From IMG/VR virus record IMGVR_UViG_3300032218_000600, positions 5,717 to 69,716 of that record: 64,000 nucleotides of DNA. One strand, written 5' to 3'. The translations under genes were made by a program, and so were the position numbers. The notes beneath the pieces were generated by a model that made no database searches, was not told the origin of the DNA, and was given only the letters and a program-made list of their open reading frames with translations. Each line of letters opens with the position of its first letter. Positions within the stretch are counted from its first letter, which is position 1. Below, in pieces: positions 17,901 through 30,400 of this stretch. This stretch comes from a virus (taxonomy: Duplodnaviria > Caudoviricetes).

Positions 17901-18453
17901 ATGGATTGCAGGATCTATTTTAACTGAACCATTACCTCCTAGCTCTGATGAACTTTATAACATTGTATCTTCATCGTTAAATCAAATCAAATCTATCAGT
18001 GATGAAATCATTTACCACCCTGTAAAATACAAGGCATTGTTTGGTGCAAATGCCCCAGCTGATGTACAGGCAACATTTAAAGTTATTAAAAATGCTTCAC
18101 AAGTTATTTCTGACAACGATGTAAAATCAAAAGTGTTAAGAGCAATAAATCAATTCTTCATTTTAGAAAACTGGGATTTTGGAGATACTTTCTATTTCTC
18201 CGAACTGTCAACGTATGTAATGAATCAACTAGCACCAAATATAACTAACTTTGTTATTGTTCCTAAACAGAGCAATCTTACATTTGGTAGTTTATACGAA
18301 ATCAAAGCATCTTCAGACGAGCTGTTTATAAATGCAGCCACAGTAGATGATATTGAAATTATTTCAGGAATAACTGCTAGTGCTATTAAAACAACAACTG
18401 CAACGGCCCTTGTATCAAATGCAATCGGCCAACAAACAATAACAAGTAGATAA
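14998..18453 (+). CDS. gp6: gp6-like baseplate wedge protein
   Basis: DFENLRRTMI, F.DY.ESS, ARENFLELAERRESVLRLARMLSYN, QNRMITGEDY. Confidence 0.8.
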   Translation: MSSTDRQNRLLVAEDWKKIYQTFRNADFQSYDFENLRRTMISYIRQNYPEDYNDYIESSEYLALIDLIAFLGQSIAFRVDLNARENFLELAERRESVLRLARMLSYNAKRNVAASGLLKFTNIQTSQTVLDSNGRNLAGQVITWNDPANPNWYDQFIRVINAALPQTRQFGNPDDKASIYGIPTEQYRVNGANTNIPIFAFNKTVEGQGMSFEVVSTVFSGEDYIYEEPPKVGNKLAFIYRDDGKGAASGASGFFLQFKQGTLNTGSFTITQPSNNESVDIDAVNINNDDVWLYKLDQNGSETSLWNQVPSFEGNNIIYNSLKKSIRNIYGAVTRAGDRISLVFSDGTFGDLPLGTFRAYYRVSNGFAYTINPRDLRGITISLPYYSNKGQLESLTITLGLQSSVANASPTETNTSIKNNAPATYYTQNRMITGEDYNISPLSVSQEVLKVKAVNRTSSGISRYFDLVDPTGKYSSTNLFSDDGILYQEEFTDSIRFSYANKTDIEGIIYNKIFDILAKPSLRNYYYNKFVKVTTSSLNISWYNATSDTGVSTGFIGDAYDRTVYKVGAYTANDLKYVEVGSLVKFVAPDGYYFNTKDNNAIVAAPVGAIPLGYKTYLWAEVISISGDGTANGTGLLSTGYGPIALNDIVQEGSLISKIIPKWRTVIDSSVITTMIDLIFANKPFGLRYDTSSKSWQIIFESNLDSFNSFTLGKQGDISNQQLDSSWLLLFTTDNEFYTVTSRELQYIFESDANIRFYFDKSHKIYNSKTNTLVKDNVKLLSINTVPDSTTAFTYDLNWDVVSEYVGLDGYVDTKKILITFADSNDNGVVDDPDQFTNVVQPTVNPLSKYVVLQRYTIEAGQEDYKYVSNDPLTGSVIILTAESEIQDFSQYSDGQYFYFTSTGIVKKFTASTTTLTSSLAYKVFVGRDNLKFQYIHSADYESRIDPGSSNIVDIFILSRSYDTKYRQWIAGSILTEPLPPSSDELYNIVSSSLNQIKSISDEIIYHPVKYKALFGANAPADVQATFKVIKNASQVISDNDVKSKVLRAINQFFILENWDFGDTFYFSELSTYVMNQLAPNITNFVIVPKQSNLTFGSLYEIKASSDELFINAATVDDIEIISGITASAIKTTTATALVSNAIGQQTITSR

Positions 18454-18463
18454 CGGAATAACA

Positions 18464-21400
18464 ATGGTCGATAAAACTAATCCTACTGAAAATAATATTT
18501 CAAACTTTTTACCTCGATACTACCGTTCCGACGCAAACAAAAAGTTTTTACAAGCTACTGTTGAGCAGTTAGTAAAACCTGGCAAGGTTAAAAAAGTTAA
18601 TGGATACTTAGGTCGTCGAAATGCAAAAGCAAGCACCGGCAATGATATCTTTGTGGCATCTCCTACTCAGGTAAGAGAACAGTACCAGCTTGAGCCAAGT
18701 ATTACTATCAACGATAAGTTTGGAACTACTGAGTTTTTTAAAGACTATCAAGACTACATTAACCAACTAGGCGTGTTTGGATCAAATACCGGCAACCATA
18801 GCCGATTAAACAAGCAAGAGTTTTATTCATGGAATCCTCATATTGACTGGGACAAGTTTGTTAACTTTCAACAGTATTACTGGCTACCATACGGTCCTGA
18901 AAGCATTAAAATTTATGGACAACAACGTGCCATAACTAGTACATATTCTGTCAAGTGGGAATCAGAGTTAGGCAGTAAAGAATATATTTTTACACCTAAC
19001 GGTGTATCTAGAAACCCAACCATTAAGCTATTTAGAGGACAGACTTATCACTTTGACATTAATAGTCCCGGTGAGCCGTTTAGTCTTAAGTTTGCTAGAT
19101 CACCTAGTAAGTTAGATCGTTATGTTGCGCATCAAGCAGTTAGCGACTTTGCAGTTGAAGTTGGCACAGTAACATTTACAGTACCTGATGATTGTCCAGA
19201 TGTATTATTTTATGTAAGTGAAAATGATATTAATCTTGGAGGCGTTATCGAAGTATTTGATATAAAAGATAATACTGAAATTGATGTTGAAGCAGATATT
19301 GTAGGAAAGAAAACATATAAACTGCCAACAGGACTACACCTAAGTAATGGTATGAAAGTTCAGTTTGGCGGCAATGTTGTTCCAGAAATATATGCCACCG
19401 GGGCTTTTTATGTTGAGGGAGTCGGTTCAGAAATTAAACTAATACCAGAAGCGGCATTGGAGTTAATATACCCTTATACTGATGAAGTTTCAGTACTGTT
19501 TGATGACGGACAGTTCGATAATCTTCCATTTGGTAGTGCAACTGCCTACGCAGGAAAGCTAGACTACATTGTTATAAATCGAGGAAGCAGAGATAAAAAT
19601 CCTTGGTCTCGTTACAACAGATGGTTCCATCAAGATGTTATTAATGCCGGCGCCAAATACAATGGATCTATAGCATCTCTTGATCAAAACACTCGAGCAG
19701 TAAGACCAATCATTGAGTTTGAAGCTGACTTAAAGTTATTCAACTTTGGTCTTGAAGCAGGCCCAGATGTTGACTTGCTAGACGACTTTACACAAGATGT
19801 ATTTTCAACGATTGAAGGCAGCATTGGTTATAGTGTTGATGGTATTCCGTTAGTCGAAGGGCATAAAGTATTATTCACTGCCGACACTGATCAACGTGTA
19901 GTAGGAAAAACTTACCGTGTAACTTTTATAACAGTTCAAGATAGTATTAAAGAAACTAGATCTCGACAAATTCATCTAGTACCTATTAGCGAACCAGCAA
20001 AAGATCAAGTTGTTGTAGTAAAACAAGGACAACTACACCAAGGAACAATGTATTGGTATACAGGTACAGTATGGAAATCAGCACAAAATAAAACTAGCCT
20101 TAATCAAACACCATTGTTTGATGTAGTCGATTCTGAAGGTTATAGTTTTGGAGATACATCAGTATATGATGGTTCTACTTTTGAAGGTACTAAACTATTT
20201 TCATACAAAGAAGGAACAGGCACTATTGATGCAAACTTAGGTTTTGCTCTATCCTATAAAAATATTAATAATACAGGCGATATCGTTTTTAACTTTAATG
20301 CTATTACTGATACGTTTCAATATAAATCTATTGAAAAGATTTTACAAAAAAATATCAGTGTAGGATATTTTGTAAAATCATTGACTAACAATCAAATAGC
20401 ATATCTTAACGGTTGGCAAGTTAGTACCGTAACAAACTATCAACCTGCTATTAGAATTTATAAAAACTCTAATAAAGTAAACAACTTTGATTTAGATATA
20501 TTTGACAATAAATCAAACTTAACTGACCTTGAAGTTAGAATCTATATTAACGGCATACGACTAGATAAAACTCAGTGGTCAATCGTTGACGGTGCAGTTT
20601 ACAAAAAAATAATCCTTAATACTGATATTGCACTAACAGACGTACTTACTATTAAAGCATTTGCGTTGCAACCTATTAATCAAAACGGCTATTATGAAGT
20701 TCCAATAAACTTACAAAATAATCCGTTGAACAATACAATGGGTGATTTTACACTAGGTGAAGTAATCGATCATGTTAATTCAATAGTAGATAACTGTCAG
20801 CTCTTTTCAGGTAGTTTCCCTGGAAGAAATAATCTAAGAGATATTGGTAATCTTTCAGCCTTGGGTACTAAGTTTGTACAACATAGCGGTCCTTTTAGCT
20901 TGTCTATGTATCATGTTACTTCCACTAATAACAACATTGTTAAGGCCATAGAAGAAGCAAGAGAAAAATACGGACAGTTTAAACGTACTTTTATAACAGT
21001 AGCACAAACTATTGGTGTTGATACAGATACTAAATCATTTGTAGATCTTATACTGCAAGAAATTAACAAAGACAAGCCAAAAACAGCGCCATATTATTTT
21101 AGCGATTTGGTACCTTACGGCTCTGCAAGCCGTAATGACTTTACAGTAATCGATTATAGGATTTTAACTTATCCCTTATCAGCATTATTTGATGTAAACT
21201 ATTTGTCAAATAAAGCAGTTGGTGTGTACTTAAACTCTGTACAGTTAATATACGGTATTGATTATGTATTTGATAGTCAAGGATTTGTAAAGATAATAGC
21301 ACAACTAACTACTGGTGATACAGTAACGATTTATGAATACGACAATACTGACGGGTGTTTCGTACCACCAACACCGACAAAACTAGGCATCTGGCCAAAG

Positions 21401-24400
21401 TTTGAACCAAAAATCTATATTGATACGACCTTAGTGACTCCACGAAAAATGATTCAAGGGCATGATGGCAGTCAAGTATTAGCATATAGCGATCCAGACC
21501 AACCAAATGACTATCGAGATGAGTTGTTATTAGAACTAGAAAAAAGAATTTTTAATAATATTAAAGTTGAGTATGATCCTGCAATATTCGACATACTTGA
21601 TGTAGTACCAGGCTATAATAGATCAAATGACTATTCTCTTGATGAGTTTAACGAAGTATTGGCTCCAAGTTTTTACAAGTGGACAAGTTTAATAGATAAA
21701 GATTTTACAAAACCTTTAAGTTTTGATAGGAACAATCCGTTAACATTTAACTATAGGGGCCATAGCGCACCTGATGGCAGAGAAACACCGGGCTATTGGA
21801 GAGGAATATATCGTTGGTTATTAGATACTGACAGACCAAATATTTGTCCATGGGAAATGTTAGGGTTTAGTATTGAACCCGCTTGGTGGCAATCTGTATA
21901 TGGTCCTGCACCATATACAAGCGATAACAAAATTTTATGGAATGATCTTTCAGAAGGTATTATTAGAGAACCTAATCAGCCGATTGTTCGAAACACAAAA
22001 TGTGTTCGACCTTTCTTGAAAGACTCAATACCAGTTGATGAATTTGGAAATATACAGAGTCCATTGTTATCTAATCTAGCAACAGGAATCATTACAGCGT
22101 CGACTAACGGAGACTATGTCTTTGGTGATGTGAGTCCTATAGAAGCCGCCTGGAGACGTAGCAGTTATTTTCCGTTTAGTATATTACTAGCATCAATGCT
22201 ACTAACACCGGCAAAAACTTTTGGATCATTAATCGATCGTTCAAGAATCGTTAGAAACTTAACAGGTCAACTAATTTACAAAGATACAGGCTTGCGTGTT
22301 CGTCCCCAAGACGTGGTGTTACCAAACATTTATTCTAGCTCAACACGAACACAAACAGCCGGTATTATAAACTATCTTGTTGATTACATCCTCAGCGACA
22401 ACTTAAAATCTTACGATCAATATGTTTACGATTTAGAAAACATTGATTTTAAAATAAGTTATCGTATTGGCGGATTTACTAGTAAAGAAAAATTTAATCT
22501 TTTATTAGACAGTAAAAATCCAACAGCAGTTGGTGGAGTATTTGTACCTCAAGAAAACTACAACATAATATTAAACAGCTCAAGTCCTGTTAAGAAAATC
22601 ACCTATAGCGGTGTGATTATAACAAAACTCCAAGACGGCTACGAAGTAAAAGGTTACAGTAAGATCCAACCCTATTTTAAATATTATGCTTGGACGCAGT
22701 CTGGAAGTACATTCAATGTCGGCGGAATATCTGAAACGTTTGTAACATGGCAAGCAAACGAAAGATACGTGTTAGGAAAAATTGTAAAATATAATACACA
22801 ATTTTATAGAACAACAGCAACACATATTTCCAACGATACATTTAATGCAGATGCATTCCAAAAACTTCCATCCTTGCCAGTTATTGGTGGTCAAAATGCA
22901 ATCTTAAGAAAACGTTGGGATCGAACAGAAGAAATTGTTGTACCTTACGGAACTAAATTTAGAGATGTACAATCAGTTGTTGATTTCTTATTAGGCTACG
23001 GTGAATGGTTAAAAGATCAAGGATTTGTATTTGATGATTTTAATAATGCTCTTGCACAAATTTCAAACTGGGAAACTAGTGCAAAAGAGTTTATGTTCTG
23101 GACTACACAAAACTGGTCAAGCGGACAAGACAAGTGGGCCGATTGGGATCCTGATAATGCAGTACCTTACGGATCTATTGTTAGATACAATGGTGATTAT
23201 TACAGAGCATTAAGAGGTCTTGCGGCAAATCCAATCTTCCATGAAGAATACTATACCAAACTTGACGGACTAAGCACAGTCGGTAGTAGCGTTATTTCTT
23301 TAAGTCCGTCTGCTGGTAAAATTACCATCACAACAGACTACACTGTGGTAGATGATATTTTAAATCTATTCAACGGTTATGAAATATTTGGTGTGGATGG
23401 AACAAAAATTGAACCAAACTTTTTAGATTCTTATAGAAAAGATAATCTAACTAGCTATACACCTCGCGGTGATATTGGTGTATTCGGCGCAACATTCTTT
23501 TTAGTACAAAAAGAACATGTGTTAATATTAGATAATACAACATTATTTAATGATACAATCTATAATCCAGAAAGCGGCTATAGACAAGAAAGAATAAAAA
23601 CATCAAGCTATGTAAGTACCGAATGGTACGGCGGATTTGATGTTCCTGGATTTATATTTGATCAAGCAAAAACACAAGAATGGTCGGCTTGGACTGACTA
23701 TGCATTAGGCGATATTGTAAAATATAAAGAGTTTTTCTATAGCGCCAACTCTTCTGTTGTAGGAACTAGCGAGTTTGATGATGCAATGTGGATCAAACTA
23801 TCTAAAGAACCAACGGCCAGATTATTACCAAACTGGTCATATAAGGCAGCACAGTTTGAAGACTTTTACAGTTTAGATAGCGGAAACTTTGATGTAGGCC
23901 AACAAAAGATGGCACAGCATTTGATTGGTTATCAAAAGCGCCAATATCTTGAGAATATTATTCAAGACGATGTGTCAGAGTTTAAGTTCTACCAAGGTAT
24001 GATTATTGAAAAAGGCACACAGAATGTGCTGACTAAACTATTTGATGTACTAAGCGCAGAGGGCGAAGAAAGTCTTAAGTTTTTTGAAGAATGGGCAGTG
24101 CGTGTTGGACAATACGGCGCAACTGCGGCCTTTGAAGAAATAGAATTTATTTTAGACGAATCTAAGTTTAAAAATAATCCACAAGGCTTTGAACTAGTAA
24201 ATGCGATTGACGATACTAAGATTGATTTTATCATAAGACAAACATCTAATGACATTTATTTAAAACCATTAGGTTATAATAATTCGCCTTGGCCACTGAA
24301 ACAGATAGATAATCCTTACTTAAGAACACCGGGGTATGTAAGAGCAGACGAAGTTTTATATACTATTAACTCAATAGAAAATATTACAGATGTCGATGCT

Positions 24401-27400
24401 AGTGGCAATCCTTTGTACCCAGTATCGTCCTTTGTTGATGGAACATATATTTGGTGCGGCTTTGAAGGAAGGGGCTGGAATGTTTATAGATTTACAGATG
24501 CTCCTTACAAGATTTTAGATGCAACATATTCTAATTCAACACTTACTATTAAAACTGATAAACAAGTTAGACTTCCAGTAGGTACATGGGTAGCATTTGA
24601 TCAAGTTACAGGATTCTCTGGTTTTTATAAAATTAAAAAAGTTACGTTAGATTCGTTTACTGTTTCTGCAACATTAAAAACACCTCCAGGAAATCCATTT
24701 GCAGAACAAAGTACTGCACTTATGGCGTATCTATCAAGCCAACGAGTAGAATCAATCGACTCTGCAAATTTAATCTTGACTCGCAGATTAAACAATAATG
24801 AAAAATTGTGGACCGACAAAACTTCAACGGCAAACTCTTGGGCAGTATGGGAATATTCCCCAGTTTATGCACGTAAACAAATCAACGACCCAACACCGAC
24901 TGCCGATGGAAAATTTGGTCGTTCGATCTCTGTAAGTAAAGACGGGTTGTTTGCTATTGTATCAACTGCTAATAAAGTTGTTATTACATATGATAAAGTC
25001 CCTGGCACATCTTTATGGCTACAAAGACAAAGTGTGTTTATACCTTTTATTCATCGAATAGCTGATCAGAATCTGCAACAAGATGGATTCTTTGCAGAAA
25101 TAACATCAATATCACCTGATTCTAGTTGGGTAGCATTTGGATCACCTAACACCTCTGCAGCCGCAAGTGCTTATGTTGGTGTATTTGATGTAGGTACAGG
25201 GTATACATTAGGAAACATTGTTGTAGATGATTCTACTTTAACAGCATGGGAAGCTAAAAAAGCAGTCCCTGCAGGGTCGATGTTAACTGATACTCAGTAC
25301 TGGAAACAGCTTAACTATATTTCAACAAGTATAACAGGCAGTTCTTCGGGATTGCTAGCACAAGGTGCAGTATCGTTGTACCAAAAAGATACGTCAAACA
25401 CAATAGCATTGATAGCCACCGTTGTTAGTCCTCTACCTACACAGAACGAATACTTTGGTTCAAACTTATTATTTGGTAATAATAATTTATTTGTAACAGC
25501 AAAAGGTGCAGGCTCGTCAGGTAGGATATATCAATACACATATACATCGGGGCTTGGTTGGGTGTTTGCATCAGTAATAGAGTGCCCAGGTCTTGTCTCT
25601 GGAGCTGAGTTTGGATACAGCATGTCTATATCTACAGACGGCACATTGGCAGTTTCAGCACCAGGAATTAACACAGTCTTTATCTATTCAGCAGATGATT
25701 ACACTGTTCCCGCAAAGACATTGACATTGCCAGTAAACTTGTCAGTTGAAGATTCTCCAAGATATGGAGAGGCAGTGGCAATATCTGACTCTGGAACATA
25801 CTTGGCTGTTGGTATACAACAGTTTGACCTAACAAAGATTGATCAAGGCGAAGTTAGAGTGTACGACTTGTCAGTAACAACTCTTTTAGTAGATTCACCG
25901 TATCAAACATTATTAAGCCCACGCCCAGAAGCAAGCGAATACTTTGGGTCTAAAGTTGCGTTTATGAATAACGAAGAAACCATTGTGATTTTTAGTCCCA
26001 ATGGAGATAGTCTACTTGAAACAACTTTTAATATTGATGGAATAACAACATTTGATAATCGTACTTTACGTTTATTTGAAACTGATATTGATAGCGGTCG
26101 AGTTGATGTTTTTGATAGATATATCAATAACTGGGTATATAGCGAGTCCATTGATCCAGGAACAGATCCTGTGACAGGGGAGTTTTTAATATCAAGTAAC
26201 GATAAATTTGGATCAGGATTTGCAGTTGCAAACAATAGTATTATTATTGGAGCTCCTGGTAACACATCAAATAATGTGAGATCCGGAAAAGTTTATAGTT
26301 ATATTAAACCGGTAAACACATTATCTTGGGAAGTGATACAAGAAGCAGTACAAAAACCTGATTTGTCAAAGATTAAAAAAGCATTCTTATATAATAAAAA
26401 GACAAATAAACTAGTATCATACTTAGATGTTATTGATCCAGCACAAGGAAAGATTCCTGGAGTTGCAGATCAATATTTAAAATATAAAACATTCTTTGAC
26501 CCAGCTGTTTATTCAGTAGGAACAACAGATGTTACAGTTGACGACGGCCAATCTTGGACTGATAGTCAAGTTGGCACTCTCTGGTGGGACCTACGACCTG
26601 CTAAGTTTATTGATAGTTACGGCGGTGATGTAGTATATAGAAATAGCACATGGAACACGTTATTCCCAACTGCTACTATTGACATTTATGAATGGGTAAA
26701 AACAAAATATCTACCAGCTGAATGGGACAAGATTGCAGATACAGAAGCAGGATTAACCAACGGCATTAGTGGGAAATCATTATACGGTAATACTGTTTAC
26801 AGTGTGAAAAAACGCTATGACAGTATCAGTCAGTCGTTTAAGAATACTTACTATTATTGGGTTAAGAATAAAAAAACTATTCCTTCTATTGGTGATAGAT
26901 CTTTATCAGCATCAGATATTTCTCTGTTAATAGCAAATCCTAAAGGGCAAGACTACAAGTATATTGCATTGACTAGTGCCAACTCTTTTAGTATTGTTAA
27001 TGCACAATCTTTATTAAATGATAAAGATGTTGTATTGTCAGTGCAGTATTGGACCACTGAACAAACTGATCAAAATATTCACAGTGAGTGGAGATTAATC
27101 AGCGAAGATACAAATAGCTTTTTGCCAAAACATATTGAAGAAAAATGGTTTGATAGTTTATGTGGTAAGGATAGTAACGAGCGTGTGGTCCCAGACCTTG
27201 ATCTTCCACCAAAATTAAGATACGGTGTAATGTCGCGTCCGCGACAAAGCATGTTTGTTAACAGATTTGAAGCATTAAAACAACTAATAGAACGTGCAAA
27301 TACAACATTATTAGAAACATTGATTGTTAATAATAAAGATATTTCAGATCTAAACTCATATGATCTAGAACCAAGTGTTGTCACCGGTCTGTACGATTTT

Positions 27401-30400
27401 GTAGTAGACACAGATGCTGAGTTAAGATTTTCAAATGTATCGGCTGTAAAGTTAGCAGTCATCACACCAATAGTTAGTAACAACGGATATATTACAGGCA
27501 TTACCATTATAAATCCTGGTAACGGATATATCAATGCTCCCTATATTACTGTTCGTGGAAATGGTACAGGTGCATCTTTAAAAGCTATAATAAATGCTAA
27601 GGGACAAATTACTGGCGCAACAGTTATTAGTAAAGGTCAAGGCTACGATTCATATACCACAGTTGAAATAAGAAATTATTCAGTATTGGTACATAGCGAC
27701 AATCAAGCATTAGGACGTTGGAGTATCTATGCATATGATCCAACATTAAAGATCTGGGAACGCTCTAGATCGCAGGCCTACGATGTTAGAAAATATTGGA
27801 GTTACGCTGACTGGTATGCAACAGGATTTAATCAGTTTACATTAGCTGATTTTTCAGTAGATACTATATCTGCTATTTCAACTATTAATGTTAGCATTAA
27901 TCAGTTAGTTAAAGTAAGAACGTCTGGGTCAGGCGGCTGGATTTTGTTGAAAAAATATGCCGACTCTGAATCAATCGATTGGACTCAAAGTTATACAGTT
28001 GTAGGTACAGAATCAGGAACAATTCAGTTGAGCAACGAACTGTACAAGTTTGCCAATACTACTTTAGGATACGACGGATCGTTATTTGACGGTGATACGT
28101 TTGATAACACTGCTGTTAAAGAGTTAAGAATTATTTTAGATAGTTTAAAAAATAAAATCTTTATAGATGACCTACGTCAGATTTATTTAGATCTATTCTT
28201 TACTTGTTTACGATACGCATTTGCCGAGCAAACATATTTAGATTGGGCATTTAAAACTAGTTTTGTAAGAGCACAACATAACGTTGGCGCACTAAAACAA
28301 AAAACAACTTATAATAATGACAACCTAGCAGACTTTGAAGCCTACATTGAAGAAGTTAAACCATATAGAACAAAGATTAGAGAATATGTAAGTAGCTACA
28401 CAGGAGTCGACACTAGCGAGTTATCAGTTACTGATTTTGACATTTTACCAGTAAAAGAAAATGGTCAATATGCGCAAATGACATTGTCAGTAGTTGACGG
28501 GCAAGTAAATGCAACACATCCAGAAATATTATCTTACCCATGGAAACATTGGTTAGACAATGTTGGATTTGAAATAACTGAACTTGTTTTAACAGATAGC
28601 GGATCTGGTTACATAACACCGCCGGTTGTTCGCTTCCAAGGCGGATATGGGTCAGGTGCTGAAGCTAAGGCCTTTATTGCAAACGGTAAAGTTAATAGAA
28701 TCTTATTAGTTAGCCCTGGAGAAAAGTTTTATTCAGCACCAACAGTTATACTAGATGGCGGTGTGGGTGTTGACGGAACATCAGCTAAAGCTATAGCAAA
28801 GATTGGAAATAGTGTTGTTCGATCAAGTTTAATTAAAATGAAGTTTGATCGTGTAAGCAGAACTTATTTTGTAACAGAGTTAACTGAAAATGAAACATTT
28901 ACAGGAACTGGCAATAAGACACAGTTTTTATTAAAGTGGGGTCCTGATGTCCGCATAGGAAAGAGTACAGTAACCGTTGACGGAGTAGATATACTACGAG
29001 ATAGTTATGTTCTAACTATAGCTAAAAATACAACACGTGGTTATACTGCGTATTACGGAACAATAACATTTGATACACCACCTGCAAAATCTAGCATAAT
29101 AAAAGTTTCTTATATTAAAGATTGGTCATTGTTAAATGCCCCGGACCGTATTCAATATTACTACAATCCCACTACTGGGCAAGTAGGAAAAGACTTGTCG
29201 CAACTTATGACAGGTGTTGACTACGGCGGCACTATTATTACTGGATTAGATTTTAATGTATCATCTGGCTGGGATAGTTTGCCTTATTTCTCCGATGGAT
29301 GGGACTCCATTGATCCAACATTTGATGATTACATTATTAGGGCAGGGTTAAATGCTAATGTATTTGAGTTGCCATATATACCAGAAGCTGGAGTTGAGAT
29401 AAACATATACCATAACAGCACAAGGATTGACGATCTAAACTACGGAACATCAGAACCTGTAGTAAATCTTAATGCTACGATGCAGACATTTGTTGGAGAT
29501 GGTATTAACAGTACTATTACATTGCCATCAATATCTGTGACCAAACCAACATCTGCAATAGTTAATAATAATACAAATGTAATAACATTGCCTGTAGTTG
29601 ACGATATTCAAGTTGGTAGTTTATTGCTATCACCTGATGTAATACCTACCGGAACATCGGTTGTTGCAGTTACTAGCAACTTAGTAGCTATAACACAAAC
29701 TGGATCTATTAGCGGAACTACATTAACTATGTCTGGGCTAACAGACTCTTATATAGGTATGTTAGTAACAGGTGCGGGAGTACAACCTAATACATATATC
29801 ACTAGTGTTGACCTTGCTATTATCGCGCAAGCAGAAGTTCAAAAGATAGATGTATCAGGAGTTGCAACAGACCAAGTAAGTTTCTTAGGCCAACCGGTAT
29901 TATATTCTGCAGAAGATGACATGGCATCGGACACTGTTATTAAAATTGCTGCCGACCGAGATGCAATTATTGAAACTTGGAATACTGCAAACCCCGATAA
30001 ACAGATTGCAAATATTGAAATAGATTTCACTAATCAGGATGCCGGAGGTAATCTTTCTGGAGTTGGAGCAGATGCAGAAACTGGACAGTTCTCTTGCTTA
30101 TATACTCGAATAGTAATAGGACAACCGATAATGGTTGTTGGCAATCTTACAGGAACAGCAACTATTGATGGCTATGTAAACCCAACAGTGTATTATGTTG
30201 TTGATACTAACGGAACTACAACCTTTACTATTTCTGCTATTGTTGGCGGAAGTCCTGTGTCTACTACTGCTGGAACAACCAGCGGGTTGACCTTTACTAA
30301 GCTAGCTATTAACTCTACTACTTTAAAAATTACCTATGCAGATAACGCAGGGGATGTACCAGTTATATCGTCAGCAACTAGTAACGGTATAACATTTAGT